This document shows positions 10,009 to 20,700 of a stretch of 64,000 nt of DNA, piece by piece. The stretch's first letter is position 1; every line of letters begins with the position of its first letter. The stretch is from assembly GCA_021803465.1 (NCBI GenBank), contig JAJZLL010000049.1:33675-97674 (forward strand), given 5' to 3'. The notes under the pieces are model-generated. The model was not told where the DNA came from, did not search any database, and worked only from the letters and a program-made list of their open reading frames with translations. The DNA comes from a bacterium (GTDB taxonomy: Bacteria; Chloroflexota; Dormibacteria; Aeolococcales; Aeolococcaceae). The position numbers and the translations under genes are program-made.

Positions 10009-11088
10009 ATGCAGGGTCATCAATTGGAGCAGAGCATGTCCGGTACTGATTGGTGGAATAAGGCGAACATCGCGGAGCGCAATGCTGCCATCCAGCTTTT
10101 TTCCCTTCGTCTTGACTCCCTCTCATCAATTGATCCCTTAAGGACTGCTTCCTCGCACCATGTTGCTCGAGCATCCCACCGGCTCTCTGAGACACTTGAT
10201 GACACAGGGGCTGCATTTCTCCCCTTCCCTGCAGGAGCGCATCTGCGTCTTGCCTGGAAAGCCTTCCTCAGGCACCTCTCGCGGAAGGATATGGACACCA
10301 TCCACTCCATTGCACGTCTCACTGCTGCCACTTCTCCCTACCAGCCGCTGATCCGGAGGCTCACTCCGACGCTTTCCCGCATGCACCATGATGCGGTCGT
10401 AAGCGGAACGGCGAACGAGCCCAGATCATTCCGCATAACACTCAAGGGACGAGAAGTGGCGCTCACGCCAGCAAAGGCAGGCTCCCCAGAACTCCTTCGC
10501 AGTGCACTCCTCCGGGACCGGGTGCGGGACGTTCCCGGAATCCAGCACATCATTGGCATATCCCTCCCTGAGGGTGTGCTGCTCGCAGAGCCTGCTGACG
10601 GCCAGGTGCTCAGTGCGATGGCCCTGAGCGAGCTTTCCCGCCTCAGCACCACACAGGCGCATGAGAATCTCATCCGGACTGTCTCAGCACTTGCAGCGCG
10701 GGGCTGTTCCATACCCACAGATGCGCGCGATGTGCTTGTGAACGACTCCGGCTTCGTCTTTGTCTCACTCGATGGCAGCTCTCCAGGCACAACCCTTCCA
10801 GAGCAGCTTCTGGGCATGTACCGGCAGCTCCGCAACCCGTACAGCAGGACACTTTCTCCCTACAGCCCTGAACTCATCCGTCGTGATGCTGCCTCACAGT
10901 GGACACATGTCGCAACCACCTTTCTTGGTGCTGTGCGATCCGTCTGCGGAACCCGTATGGAGAAGTCCATCACTGCTGTCCTTGCACGAACGCATGAGCT
11001 TCCCCCCAACCTTTCCAGGACCACTCCAGAGAAGCCATATCCTGTACAGGGCACAAGCATGAACCTCCGTGGAGCAGCTCTTTCCTGA
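10009..11088 (+). CDS. Hypothetical protein with degenerate protein-kinase-like region
   Basis: 359-aa ORF; VPGIQHII / LLAEPADGQVL / DVLVNDSGFVFVSLD echo kinase subdomains; start uncertain. Confidence 0.6.
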   Translation: MQGHQLEQSMSGTDWWNKANIAERNAAIQLFSLRLDSLSSIDPLRTASSHHVARASHRLSETLDDTGAAFLPFPAGAHLRLAWKAFLRHLSRKDMDTIHSIARLTAATSPYQPLIRRLTPTLSRMHHDAVVSGTANEPRSFRITLKGREVALTPAKAGSPELLRSALLRDRVRDVPGIQHIIGISLPEGVLLAEPADGQVLSAMALSELSRLSTTQAHENLIRTVSALAARGCSIPTDARDVLVNDSGFVFVSLDGSSPGTTLPEQLLGMYRQLRNPYSRTLSPYSPELIRRDAASQWTHVATTFLGAVRSVCGTRMEKSITAVLARTHELPPNLSRTTPEKPYPVQGTSMNLRGAALS

Positions 11089-11171
11089 TCTCCTGGACGG
11101 ACACTGTAGCCACTTCGGGATAATGGAACTGCAGACCAGTCTGCTGAAGATTGGACATGTGGAGAGACTCG

Positions 11172-12239
11172 ATGACAACGACACTTGTCGTGCTCCATGG
11201 AGACCAGACGGGAGAGGAACTCCTTAGCGAGACGCTCCGGCTTGCAGATCCCTCACTTCTCCACTGCGCATTCGAGCTCAAAGAGTATGACTGCTCGCTT
11301 GCACAGCGCAGGGCCACAGCCAATGGAGTCGTTCGCGATGCAGCTGATGCCATCCGAGAGTACCGTCTCGGACTCAAGGCTGCCACCATCACACCTGAGA
11401 AGGCGGATGATGTGGGGAGCCCCAACGCCCTGCTTCGCGAACGTATTGGAGCCCAGGTCATCGTCCGGACAGGTAGACCCATTCCCGGCATTTCCTCCTT
11501 GGGCTCAGTGGCAACACCGATAACTGTCGTGAGAATGGCCGTGGATGATGCGTACAATGCGAAAGAGTGGCGCGAGGAGCAGGACGGTAACATTGTCGCC
11601 TACCGGACTGAGCACATTTCCCGCACAACCTGCATGGCAGTGGCCCAAACAGCTTTCCACTATGCATCCTCGTGTGACGGCATTGTGTTCGGCGGTCCGA
11701 AATACACGGTTTCTCCCATCTATGAGGGACTCCTCAAGGAAATGCTTGATGCGGCCCACGAGACATGGCCCCATGTCCGCTACGAGCCACAGCTCATTGA
11801 CGCAACGTACGCACTCCTCCTGAGACAGCATGGAGCTCCTCTGGTGATACCCGCCCTCAACCGGGATGGGGACTGCCTTTCCGACCTTGTGCTGGCCCTC
11901 TTCGGATCCCTTGCCGGTGCAGAGTCGCTCATTCTCAGGTACGGGCCCTCCCATGAGAAGCCTGAGGTGGTAGTCGCGGAAGCACCGCATGGAACTGCCC
12001 CAACGCTGGAAGGAAAGAACATAGCCAATCCCATGGCCATGATCCTGGCCCTCGCCTCCACCCTCCAGTACGCGGACGACCCCAAGGCTGTCGATGCTGC
12101 TGGGCGCATACGGGCTGCCGTCAATGGTGTCCTCCACAATGGAATCCGCACTGCGGATCTTGGCGGCACAGCAACAACTTCGGGATTTGTCGATGCAGTG
12201 CTCGATGCGCTTATGGAGACCAGTCCCACCCTGTCATAG
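11172..12239 (+). CDS. Isocitrate/isopropylmalate dehydrogenase family protein
   Basis: HGDQTGEE, GLKAATITP, SPN, NRDGDCLSDL, EAPHGTAP, NIANP and TADLGG. Confidence 0.9.
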   Translation: MTTTLVVLHGDQTGEELLSETLRLADPSLLHCAFELKEYDCSLAQRRATANGVVRDAADAIREYRLGLKAATITPEKADDVGSPNALLRERIGAQVIVRTGRPIPGISSLGSVATPITVVRMAVDDAYNAKEWREEQDGNIVAYRTEHISRTTCMAVAQTAFHYASSCDGIVFGGPKYTVSPIYEGLLKEMLDAAHETWPHVRYEPQLIDATYALLLRQHGAPLVIPALNRDGDCLSDLVLALFGSLAGAESLILRYGPSHEKPEVVVAEAPHGTAPTLEGKNIANPMAMILALASTLQYADDPKAVDAAGRIRAAVNGVLHNGIRTADLGGTATTSGFVDAVLDALMETSPTLS

Positions 12240-12291
12240 CAGCAGCGCCATTGCGTACAATCGCATCACACACGCGAGGAATCCCTCACAC

Positions 12292-13476
12292 ATGTCATCC
12301 AGTACAGCCCCTATGCGGATCTACCTTGACCACGCAGCCACCACTCCACCTTCCCGCGCAGCAGTAGCTGCGATGCAGCAGGCGCTCGAAGAATGCTGGG
12401 GAAACCCCTCCTCCATCCATGCTGATGGCCAGCATGCCCGCATGATCCTTGATGGAGCGCGTGACACCCTTGCTGCGTTCACGGGAACAGGCGCACGGAA
12501 TGTTGTCTTCACAGCATCAGGCACGGAAGCTGACAATCTTGCCCTCACAGGAATCCTTGGCCGCTGGGGCAGTTCACGTGGACAGCATATTGTCGTCAGT
12601 TCCATTGAGCATGAGGCAGTACTCTCCACTGCTGAGGCTCTCGCAGACAGTGGAGCTGCCGAAGTGACAATGGTGCATCCTGACCATGACGGAGTCATCC
12701 AGCCATCAGCTGTTGCCCAAGCGCTCCGTCCAGACACTGTGCTCGTCTCGATCATGTACGTGAACAATGAGACCGGTGTCATCCAGGACATCCCCGCGAT
12801 TGCACGGACAGTTCATGCTGCACGTGCGGAGACCTTTGTCCATACCGATGCAGTGCAGGGAGCAGGATACCTGCCATGCGACATGGAGTCGCTCGGTGTG
12901 GATCTCCTTTCCCTGAGCAGCCACAAGCTGTATGGTCCCAAGGGCGCTGGCTGCCTTGTTCTCCGGGACGGTGTCTTTGTCGCACCGGTCATCCATGGAG
13001 GAGGACAGGAGCGGAACAGAAGGTCTGGCACGGAAGCGATACCAGCCATCGCCGGTTTTGCTGCTGCAGTCCGGGAACTTGTCGAACATCGAAGCGCATG
13101 GTGCATGGAGATGGAAAGTCTCCGCACAATGCTCACTTCTGAAGTCAGGAAGGAGCTGCCCGGGACAATCATTCCCGGCGAACGGGCGCAGCGGGTGCCA
13201 TCATGCGCATCGTTCGTATTTCCCGGCATTAGAAATGAGCTCCTTCTCACACGGCTCGATGCTGCTGGCATCTCCGCTTCTGGGGGGTCAGCATGCTCTG
13301 CAGGCACTACCCTCCCCTCGCATGTGCTCACTGCAATGGGGTTTTCCGATGAAGATGCACGCGGTCTTCTCCGCTGCACACTCGGACATGCAACCACCCG
13401 TGAGGATGCCAGGGCTGCTGCAGCAGCCATTGTCGATGCAGTCCGTGCGCTCAGCACATCCATCGCGGACGCCTAG
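12292..13476 (+). CDS. iscS: Cysteine desulfurase, IscS/NifS type
   Basis: IYLDHAATT, GNPSS, HTDAVQ, SSHKLYGPKG and SGGSACSAG; alternative start at 12313. Confidence 0.92.
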   Translation: MSSSTAPMRIYLDHAATTPPSRAAVAAMQQALEECWGNPSSIHADGQHARMILDGARDTLAAFTGTGARNVVFTASGTEADNLALTGILGRWGSSRGQHIVVSSIEHEAVLSTAEALADSGAAEVTMVHPDHDGVIQPSAVAQALRPDTVLVSIMYVNNETGVIQDIPAIARTVHAARAETFVHTDAVQGAGYLPCDMESLGVDLLSLSSHKLYGPKGAGCLVLRDGVFVAPVIHGGGQERNRRSGTEAIPAIAGFAAAVRELVEHRSAWCMEMESLRTMLTSEVRKELPGTIIPGERAQRVPSCASFVFPGIRNELLLTRLDAAGISASGGSACSAGTTLPSHVLTAMGFSDEDARGLLRCTLGHATTREDARAAAAAIVDAVRALSTSIADA

Positions 13477-13515
13477 CCACTGCAATTCCGACCTCAGCAC
13501 TGGTATATTCTTAGT

Positions 13516-14028
13516 ATGGGAATCAGATTTGAGACGGGCGGGGTCTCCCTTCGTGTGACGGAGCGCGCACACTACGCTCTCCGCATGATGACAGTCCTCG
13601 CCAGACACTATCCGTCACGGGAACTTGTGAACCTTCGGGTCATCGCCGAGGAGGAGCGACTGCCCCATCCGTTTCTTGAGCAGCTCTCCATGCCGCTTCG
13701 GCATGCAGGACTTGTCCACAGCGTACGGGGCGTGAAGGGAGGATACATCCTTGCCCGTGATCCCTCAGAGATCTCCCTGTATGACATCGTTGTGGCAACT
13801 GATGGGCCCATTGCGCCTGTCGACTGCCTGGCTCCCCAGTATGTCGAAGGCAGTTGTCCCATGGACAGCCACTGTGTCACAGCTGGCGTGTGGGGGGATC
13901 TCCAGCTTGCCATCATCGCTTTTCTCCAGTCGAAGTCTCTTGACCTTATTGCGGAAAGCACTCCCATCCGTCGTACGCCCCTTGGCACCATTGCTCTCGT
14001 TCCAGACACACAGGTGAATGCATCATGA
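13516..14028 (+). CDS. Rrf2-family transcriptional regulator with three Cys (IscR-like)
   Basis: LEQL..LRHAGLVHSVRGVKGGY; C-x10-C-x5-C; first gene of the suf operon. Confidence 0.9.
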   Translation: MGIRFETGGVSLRVTERAHYALRMMTVLARHYPSRELVNLRVIAEEERLPHPFLEQLSMPLRHAGLVHSVRGVKGGYILARDPSEISLYDIVVATDGPIAPVDCLAPQYVEGSCPMDSHCVTAGVWGDLQLAIIAFLQSKSLDLIAESTPIRRTPLGTIALVPDTQVNAS

Positions 14029-14804
14029 CTGTTCGCGGACTATCCATTGACAATCTCCACGTCCGGATCGGAGAGACGGACATCCTCCGTGGCGTGACCC
14101 TTGAAGTGCCAGAGGGAGAAGTGCATGCCCTCATGGGCCCAAACGGTTCTGGTAAGAGCACTCTTGCCTACACGATCATGGGACATCCTTCATACACCAT
14201 CACCCGGGGGACAGTCTCCCTCAATGGCACCTCCCTTGGCGAGCTTTCTCCTGAAGAACGGGCACGACTCGGACTCTTCCTCTCTCCCCAGTACCCGACA
14301 GCCATTCCTGGGGTCACTGTCGTGAATTTCCTGAGAGCTTCGCTCAGGGGTCTTGGCAAGGAGCTTCCTGCACGGGCTTTCCTCTCGAGACTTTCGGAAA
14401 CAATGGCATCCCTCCACATGGACGACAGTTTCCGTGGCAGATACATCAATGACGGCTTTTCCGGAGGCGAGAAAAAGCGGACGGAGATTCTCCAGCTCGC
14501 TCTTCTTGAACCAGTATTCGCAGTGCTTGATGAGACGGACTCCGGTCTTGATGTCGATGCGCTGCGTACTGTGGCCGAGGGCGTCAACCGGGTCCGGACA
14601 CCAGAACTTGGCATCCTGCTCATCACCCACTACAACAGGATTCTTGAGCACCTGAAGCCTGACGTGATCCACCTTCTCTACAAGGGACAGATCGTGGCTG
14701 CAGGAGGTCCAGAAATGGCTCAGGAAATCGAGAAGTCAGGATACGCTCCATTCATTGGAACGGGTGCGGAGCCAGAGCCGATGGGAGCACATCATGGCAA
14801 TTGA
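14025..14804 (+). CDS. sufC: Fe-S cluster assembly ATPase SufC
   Basis: [18 protein letters not shown] and [13 protein letters not shown]. Confidence 0.96.
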   Translation: MTVRGLSIDNLHVRIGETDILRGVTLEVPEGEVHALMGPNGSGKSTLAYTIMGHPSYTITRGTVSLNGTSLGELSPEERARLGLFLSPQYPTAIPGVTVVNFLRASLRGLGKELPARAFLSRLSETMASLHMDDSFRGRYINDGFSGGEKKRTEILQLALLEPVFAVLDETDSGLDVDALRTVAEGVNRVRTPELGILLITHYNRILEHLKPDVIHLLYKGQIVAAGGPEMAQEIEKSGYAPFIGTGAEPEPMGAHHGN

Positions 14805-16194
14805 CGCGGAACATCTCTCAAAGGAATACCAGTACGGCTTCCATGATGAGGACGCATCGGTGTTCCGCACGGAAAAGGGGCTTTCCGAGGAAGTCATCCG
14901 GGCCATCTCCACACGGAAGAAAGAGCCTGAGTGGATGCTCCGGTTTAGGCTCAAGGCATACAAGCACTTCATGGCACGGCCGATGCCTTCCTGGGGCGCA
15001 GACCTCTCCGGCATTGACTTTGACAATATCTACTATTACGTGAAGCCAACGGACCAGCAGGGTCGCTCCTGGGACGAGGTGCCCGAACAGATCAAGACGA
15101 CCTTTGACAGGTTGGGCATTCCGGAAGCGGAACGGAAGTTTCTTGCAGGTGTCAGTGCGCAGTATGACTCTGAGGTTGTGTACCACAATATTAAAGGAGA
15201 GCTTGAGAAGCAGGGCGTCATCTTCTCCGACTGCGACAGCGGCCTCCGTGACCATGAAGAGATCTTCCGCAAGTACTTCTCAACCATCATTCCCCCGAAT
15301 GACAACAAGTTTGCTGCACTCAACAGCGCAGTCTGGTCTGGCGGCTCGTTTGTCTATGTGCCGCCAGGTGTCCATGTCGACATCCCGCTCCAGGCATACT
15401 TCCGCATCAACAGCGACAACATGGGACAGTTTGAGCGGACTCTCATCATTGCGGATCGGGGGTCACATGTCCACTACATTGAGGGCTGCACAGCACCGAC
15501 CTATTCAGCAGATTCCCTCCACTCCGCTGTTGTCGAGCTCATTGCCCTCGAGGATGCGCACATCAGGTACACCACGATCCAGAACTGGTCAAACAATGTG
15601 TACAACCTCGTCACCAAACGGGCTGTCGCCCAGGCTGGAGCAACGATCGAATGGATCGATGGCAACCTTGGCAGCAAAGTCACAATGAAGTACCCTTCCA
15701 TCTACCTCATGGGGGAACGGGCTCATGGGGAAGTCCTCTCTGCAGCCTTTGCTGGAAGTGGCCAGCATCAGGATGCAGGTGCGAAGTGCATCCATGTTGC
15801 TCCGAACACAACAAGCAACATCGTCTCGCGATCCATTAGCAAGGGCACTGGCCGCACGTCGTACCGGGGCCACATCGTGGTCAACGAGAAGGCTGACAAT
15901 GTCAAGTGCAATGTCCGCTGCGATGCGCTACTTCTTGACGAAACATCGCGCAGCGACACGTATCCCTACATGGACATAAAGAATCCCAATGTGGAGATTG
16001 GCCATGAGGCAAGCGTGAGCAAGGTTGGCGAGGACCAGCTCTTCTACCTGCGGAGCAGAGGCATCTCCGAGCAGGATGCAACAGCACTCATTGTCAATGG
16101 ATTCTTTGAGCCCTTCGTGAAGGAGCTTCCGATGGAATACGCTGTCGAGCTCAACCGGCTTCTCGCAGTCCAGATGGACAATGCTGTCGGATAG
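14794..16194 (+). CDS. sufB: Fe-S cluster assembly protein SufB
   Basis: [33 protein letters not shown] and [13 protein letters not shown]. Confidence 0.97.
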   Translation: MAIDAEHLSKEYQYGFHDEDASVFRTEKGLSEEVIRAISTRKKEPEWMLRFRLKAYKHFMARPMPSWGADLSGIDFDNIYYYVKPTDQQGRSWDEVPEQIKTTFDRLGIPEAERKFLAGVSAQYDSEVVYHNIKGELEKQGVIFSDCDSGLRDHEEIFRKYFSTIIPPNDNKFAALNSAVWSGGSFVYVPPGVHVDIPLQAYFRINSDNMGQFERTLIIADRGSHVHYIEGCTAPTYSADSLHSAVVELIALEDAHIRYTTIQNWSNNVYNLVTKRAVAQAGATIEWIDGNLGSKVTMKYPSIYLMGERAHGEVLSAAFAGSGQHQDAGAKCIHVAPNTTSNIVSRSISKGTGRTSYRGHIVVNEKADNVKCNVRCDALLLDETSRSDTYPYMDIKNPNVEIGHEASVSKVGEDQLFYLRSRGISEQDATALIVNGFFEPFVKELPMEYAVELNRLLAVQMDNAVG

Positions 16195-16197
16195 GGG

Positions 16198-17436
16198 ATG
16201 ACCATGACACTTCTTGCCTCTCCCCCTCACATTACTGATGGCGCCTCCAAACGTCTTGCTGAGGGCAGCCAGGAATCAGTGAAGCTCAGGGCGGATGCCT
16301 GGGAAACGCTTCAGCATCTGCCTGTGCCAGCACATCAGGATGAGGACTGGAGAAGGACGGATCCTCGCCCCTTTCTTGCCCGGCTTGACCAGCCTCTTGC
16401 TGACACCAGCTATCTCGTCAGGAAAAGCTCTCTCCCAACCACGGGAGTGCACATCTCCCCGCCTGGTGCAGCAGCAGGAGCTTCGGACAGCGTTCCGGCA
16501 ATGGTGGCGCTTCCTGACAGCCTGCATTCCCGATATTTCACCACTCTCTGGAAGGCGCTCCATGATGGAGGAACTGCCATCGACATCGCTCCTGGCTCTG
16601 CTCCCGAAGCACCTGTAGAGGTCGAGCTCAGCAGCTCAGCATCCGGGTCGATGCACCTTCCTCTTGTCTTCATCCATGTTGGCGCCCATTCTTCACTGAC
16701 TGTGCATCTCCGTGAACGCTTTTCCCATGACAGCGCTCTCATTCTTGGTGGAACTGTCATCGTTCTCGATGATGGCGCCACCTGCACACTCATCCAGTCG
16801 ACCTCAGCAGCCCCTGATGCGCTCCTTTCTGGGTTTCATCACATCGTTCTCGGCAGAGATTCGTCCTTTGAGGGCGTTCTTCTCCGGAACGGGGGCGGGA
16901 GTTCCAAGCACTACCTTGACATAGATCTCGCTGGTGCTGGATCCACAGGCATTCTCACTGCGCTCGATCTGCAGAACGGGGATGTCCACAGGGATCTCCA
17001 GACCCTTCAGCTGCATCGAGCTCCTTCCACCACAAGCTCGTTCCTCGTCCGCAATGTTGTCGATGACCATGCCCACAGCGTCTACTCCGGGCTCATTGAT
17101 GTCTCCGAAGAAGCAGTGAAGACTGACGGTTACGTGCAGAACCGGAATCTCCTCCTCTCCAGGACAGCCCAGGCGGACAGCGTGCCAAGACTTGAAATCA
17201 AGGCGAATGATGTGAAGTGTGGCCACGGCACCACTGCAGGCCACGTAGACCACGAACAGCTCTTCTATCTCGAGTCCCGGGGCATCTCCAGGGAAACCGC
17301 AAGCCGCATGATCATCCAAGGCTTTCTTCTTGAGGGCTGCGCACATATGCGGTCTCCCGAAGCCCGGGCTGCAGCGGAAGCCTTCGTTGCTCAGTTTGCT
17401 CCTGACATGTCATCCCAGGAGAACCCCAATGAGTGA
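16198..17436 (+). CDS. sufD: Fe-S cluster assembly protein SufD
   Basis: EDWRRTD, PRLEIKANDVKCGHG and LFYLESRGI. Confidence 0.92.
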   Translation: MTMTLLASPPHITDGASKRLAEGSQESVKLRADAWETLQHLPVPAHQDEDWRRTDPRPFLARLDQPLADTSYLVRKSSLPTTGVHISPPGAAAGASDSVPAMVALPDSLHSRYFTTLWKALHDGGTAIDIAPGSAPEAPVEVELSSSASGSMHLPLVFIHVGAHSSLTVHLRERFSHDSALILGGTVIVLDDGATCTLIQSTSAAPDALLSGFHHIVLGRDSSFEGVLLRNGGGSSKHYLDIDLAGAGSTGILTALDLQNGDVHRDLQTLQLHRAPSTTSSFLVRNVVDDHAHSVYSGLIDVSEEAVKTDGYVQNRNLLLSRTAQADSVPRLEIKANDVKCGHGTTAGHVDHEQLFYLESRGISRETASRMIIQGFLLEGCAHMRSPEARAAAEAFVAQFAPDMSSQENPNE

Positions 17437-17767
17437 CTGGATCCGCCTTGCTGATGCTGCAGACTGTCCCCCTGGGTATGCTGTCAGGTTTGAGATTGGC
17501 GACACCCTCATCGCATGCTTCAATGCAGCTGGCACATACTACGTCACGGATGACACCTGCTCGCACGCACAGGCATCGCTTGCGGAAGGCGACCTTGACG
17601 AGGAGCGCTGCACCATAGAGTGCCCGCTCCATGGCTCCTGCTTCGATCTCCGCACGGGAGAACCCCTCAGCCTTCCAGCAACAGAGCCTGTCAGCATCTA
17701 CCCTGTCCGAGCAGATGACAGCGGCATCTATGTCATGCTCGAGACAGCAGCGGAGCGCCACGCATGA
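17429..17767 (+). CDS. Rieske-type ferredoxin
   Basis: CSH...ECPLHGSCFDLRTG. Confidence 0.92.
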   Translation: MSDWIRLADAADCPPGYAVRFEIGDTLIACFNAAGTYYVTDDTCSHAQASLAEGDLDEERCTIECPLHGSCFDLRTGEPLSLPATEPVSIYPVRADDSGIYVMLETAAERHA

Positions 17768-19068
17768 CAACTTCTGCCCATCCTTTGGCCCACTTCGATG
17801 TCCAAGAGATCCGGAAGGATTTTCCCATCCTCAACGATGGCACCCGCACGCGGCCACTCAGCTACCTCGACTCCGCTGCCACTTCGCAGAAGCCCGCTGT
17901 CGTTCTCAATGCCATGCACGACTACTATGTGCATGCAAATGCGAATGTCCATCGGGGAGTCCATGAGCTTGGCGATGCAGCAACCTCACGGTTCGAGCAT
18001 GCCCGGCACAGGGTTGCACGATTCCTCAATGCGGATCCCCGTGGGCTCATCTTCGTCAGAAACACGACAGAGGCGCTCAATCTTGTGGCAACCGGCATTG
18101 CGCGCCAGGGTGGGCTCATGGCATCGGACCGTGTTGTTCTGTCCGTCCTTGAACATCACAGCAACATCGTCCCGTGGCAGCTGGAACGCTCCACACATGG
18201 CTTTGCCATCGCAGCAATTCCCCTCCATCCCGATGGTACTCTCGACATGGATGAAGCCAGGAAACTGCTTGCTCCGCCCACCAAACTTCTGAGCATCACG
18301 TATCAGTCAAATGTTCTGGGCACGGTGACTCCTCTCAAAGAGCTCATTGCCATGGCACATGAAGCAGGTATCCTTGTGGCAGTCGATGGTGCCCAGCGAG
18401 TTCCCCATGCCCGTGTCGACATGAAGGATCTCAACTGCGACTTCTTTGCAATGAGCGGACACAAGGTGTACGGCCCCATGGGAAGTGGCATACTCTGGGG
18501 CAAACCAGAGCTCCTTTCCTCGATGAGTCCCTTTCTCGGTGGGGGCAGCATGATCGACACAGTCACCTTCGAACGCACCACCTGGGCAGAACTCCCACAG
18601 AAGTTTGAGGCGGGAACCCCCGATGTTGCAGCGGCAGTTGGCCTTGCAGCTGCATGTGACTACATCGACTCGCTCACCTACGAGGCAATCGAAGCCCATG
18701 AGAAGGATCTCATGCAGCATCTACTTCACATGCTCGACTCTCTACCCTACATCGATGTCTACGGACCCAACGACCGCGAGCGCATTGTGGGAGCAGTCTC
18801 CTTCAATGTCCGTGGCGTGCACGCACATGATGTCGGCACCATCTGTGACCGTCACGGAGTCGCAATCCGAGTCGGACACCACTGCTGCCAACCGCTTATG
18901 CGGCACCTTGGAGTGCCAGCAACTGCACGGGCTAGTGTTGCCGCATACGTGACGCATGACGATATAGATAGCCTGGGCGAAGCGCTTGCGGATGTCGCAT
19001 CCATATTTGGACAAGTCATCACGCAGCACACATCGCCCGCTTCTCAAATGGAGCACCGCCATGCCTGA
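17764..19068 (+). CDS. sufS: Cysteine desulfurase SufS
   Basis: YLDSAATSQKP, NANVHRG, EHHSNIVPWQ, SGHK, FEAGTP and RVGHHC. Confidence 0.96.
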   Translation: MTTSAHPLAHFDVQEIRKDFPILNDGTRTRPLSYLDSAATSQKPAVVLNAMHDYYVHANANVHRGVHELGDAATSRFEHARHRVARFLNADPRGLIFVRNTTEALNLVATGIARQGGLMASDRVVLSVLEHHSNIVPWQLERSTHGFAIAAIPLHPDGTLDMDEARKLLAPPTKLLSITYQSNVLGTVTPLKELIAMAHEAGILVAVDGAQRVPHARVDMKDLNCDFFAMSGHKVYGPMGSGILWGKPELLSSMSPFLGGGSMIDTVTFERTTWAELPQKFEAGTPDVAAAVGLAAACDYIDSLTYEAIEAHEKDLMQHLLHMLDSLPYIDVYGPNDRERIVGAVSFNVRGVHAHDVGTICDRHGVAIRVGHHCCQPLMRHLGVPATARASVAAYVTHDDIDSLGEALADVASIFGQVITQHTSPASQMEHRHA

Positions 19069-19495
19069 GGATGACCTTTACCGGGAAATCATACTTGAGC
19101 ACGCGTCCCACCCCCACCACCATGGCACTGTGACTTCCGCAACGCATACCACCGAAGGTCGTAATCCTGTCTGTGGAGACGAGATAGCTCTCAGCTGGAA
19201 TGAGAAGGATGGCAAAGTCAGCGACATTGCGTTTGATGGTACTGGCTGCTCCATAAGCCAGGCAGCTGCGAGCATACTCTGCGACAGCGTCATAGGCCTT
19301 CCCACTTCCCAGGCATTGGCATGCGCACGGTCATTCCGCGCAATGCTCGTTGAAGGAACGGCGCCAGAAGATGACATGTCGGACATGGCAGCACTTCAAG
19401 GTGTCCAGGCATATCCTGCCCGCGTGAAGTGCGCGCTTCTTGCCTGGAATCTTCTTGCAGAGTCACTTGAAGCGGAGGAACAATCCCATGACTGA
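19061..19495 (+). CDS. sufU: SufU scaffold/sulfur-transfer protein
   Basis: LYREIILEH, NPVCGD, GCSISQA and PARVKCA. Confidence 0.94.
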   Translation: MPEDDLYREIILEHASHPHHHGTVTSATHTTEGRNPVCGDEIALSWNEKDGKVSDIAFDGTGCSISQAAASILCDSVIGLPTSQALACARSFRAMLVEGTAPEDDMSDMAALQGVQAYPARVKCALLAWNLLAESLEAEEQSHD

Positions 19496-19862
19496 ACACA
19501 ACGATTCCTCTTCCCCCGCTCCGGATGAAGCCGCAACGGCAACACCGATTCCAACTGCAGCTTCGGAAGACCTCGTGTATGATGCACTGCGCAACATCTA
19601 TGATCCTGAGCTTGGCATAGACATCGTCTCCCTTGGACTGGTGTATGGTGTTGCCCTTGATGAAAACGGTACGCTTGTCGTCGACATGACACTCACCTCT
19701 CCCTACTGTCCTCTGGGAGACATCATCGAGGTGCAGGCGCAGTCCATCTGCTCGTCATTGCCCGGAGTCAACCAGACGCTCATCAACTTCGTGTGGACAC
19801 CACCCTGGGATCCTCGCACAATGGCATCAGATGAAGCCAAGCTGGATCTCGGTATCTACTGA
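19488..19862 (+). CDS. sufT: DUF59/SufT metal-sulfur cluster maturation protein
   Basis: YDPELGIDIVSLGLVY, MTLTSPYCP and PPW. Confidence 0.9.
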   Translation: MTEHNDSSSPAPDEAATATPIPTAASEDLVYDALRNIYDPELGIDIVSLGLVYGVALDENGTLVVDMTLTSPYCPLGDIIEVQAQSICSSLPGVNQTLINFVWTPPWDPRTMASDEAKLDLGIY

Positions 19863-20491
19863 CGTCCCTCGTCATCCATGATGACTGCGTTTGCCACAGC
19901 AGTTGTGTAGTGGGCGTTCGCTGTATCATGCACAGGAACAGGTACTATCTGATCCTTCTCAACATAGCCAGTTTCCCCGGAAGGGAGCTTCACCTTGCAG
20001 AAGGCCCCTTCCAGCACTTCGATCGCTTCAACGCGTGTTGCCGTATACATGTTGCCCCTGCGCGGAGCATCAAACCTTGGTTCTGTGTACAGCACATACG
20101 GCGTGCCTGCCCATGACGCAACAAGCGTTACGGGTCCAAGCGGTATGTTGCGCTCACGATAGTAGGTTCGTGGATCTCCAACAGCCTTCTCAAAGAGCTC
20201 CACAAGCTGTCGGGCCCTTGATCGGGAGGCTTCATCCTTGCTTGCAGTCACTGTGACATGCGTTCCGTCATCAACCACACGTGCTGTGCAGGAGACGAGC
20301 CGTGCTGCCTGAACACCCTCCTTCCACCTTCCCACAAATGTTTTTCGTTCAAACTGGACAATGCGAGCCTCATCATCCTTCACCACTTCAAAACGGTACG
20401 GAGGAGTGCCAATCATCTGCTCCATCACAGCAAATACTTCCCTGGGAGGAGATGAGACGCGAAAGCTCCAAGAGGTTTGTGTAGATGTCAT
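19856..20491 (-). CDS. Hypothetical protein with C-terminal SH3-like domain
   Basis: LYTEP...VEAIEVLEGAFCKVKLPSGETGYV resembles a bacterial SH3 domain; GAGG RBS and TACAAT upstream. Confidence 0.65.
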   Translation of the reverse strand: MTSTQTSWSFRVSSPPREVFAVMEQMIGTPPYRFEVVKDDEARIVQFERKTFVGRWKEGVQAARLVSCTARVVDDGTHVTVTASKDEASRSRARQLVELFEKAVGDPRTYYRERNIPLGPVTLVASWAGTPYVLYTEPRFDAPRRGNMYTATRVEAIEVLEGAFCKVKLPSGETGYVEKDQIVPVPVHDTANAHYTTAVANAVIMDDEGRQ

Positions 20492-20539
20492 TTCCTCTGT
20501 ATTGTACCGAATCTGTGTACCTTGCCTTGAATGCGGAAA

Positions 20540-20555
20540 TGTTTCACGTGAAACA
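20540..20555. other. parS: parS centromere site 1
   Basis: Perfect consensus palindrome TGTTTCACGTGAAACA upstream of parA. Confidence 0.95.
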
Positions 20556-20599
20556 TTGCATTGGCAGGAAAAGGATGTCCCCAGGAATGGCACACTGAA

Positions 20600-20615
20600 T
20601 GTTTCACGTGAAACA
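20600..20615. other. parS: parS centromere site 2
   Basis: Second perfect TGTTTCACGTGAAACA exactly 60 bp after site 1. Confidence 0.95.
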
Positions 20616-20700
20616 TTGCAACAGGCAACAGTAGCGAAACGGTGTTCGCAATTGTGTCACGACTTCCCAAAACATAAGGAGTTGTCGTACTCTGTACCTC

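Noticed and set aside
20538..20620. Two 23-bp palindromic direct repeats with a 37-bp spacer, resembling a mini CRISPR array
   Set aside because: Only two units and no cas genes; the core is the exact parS consensus next to parAB.
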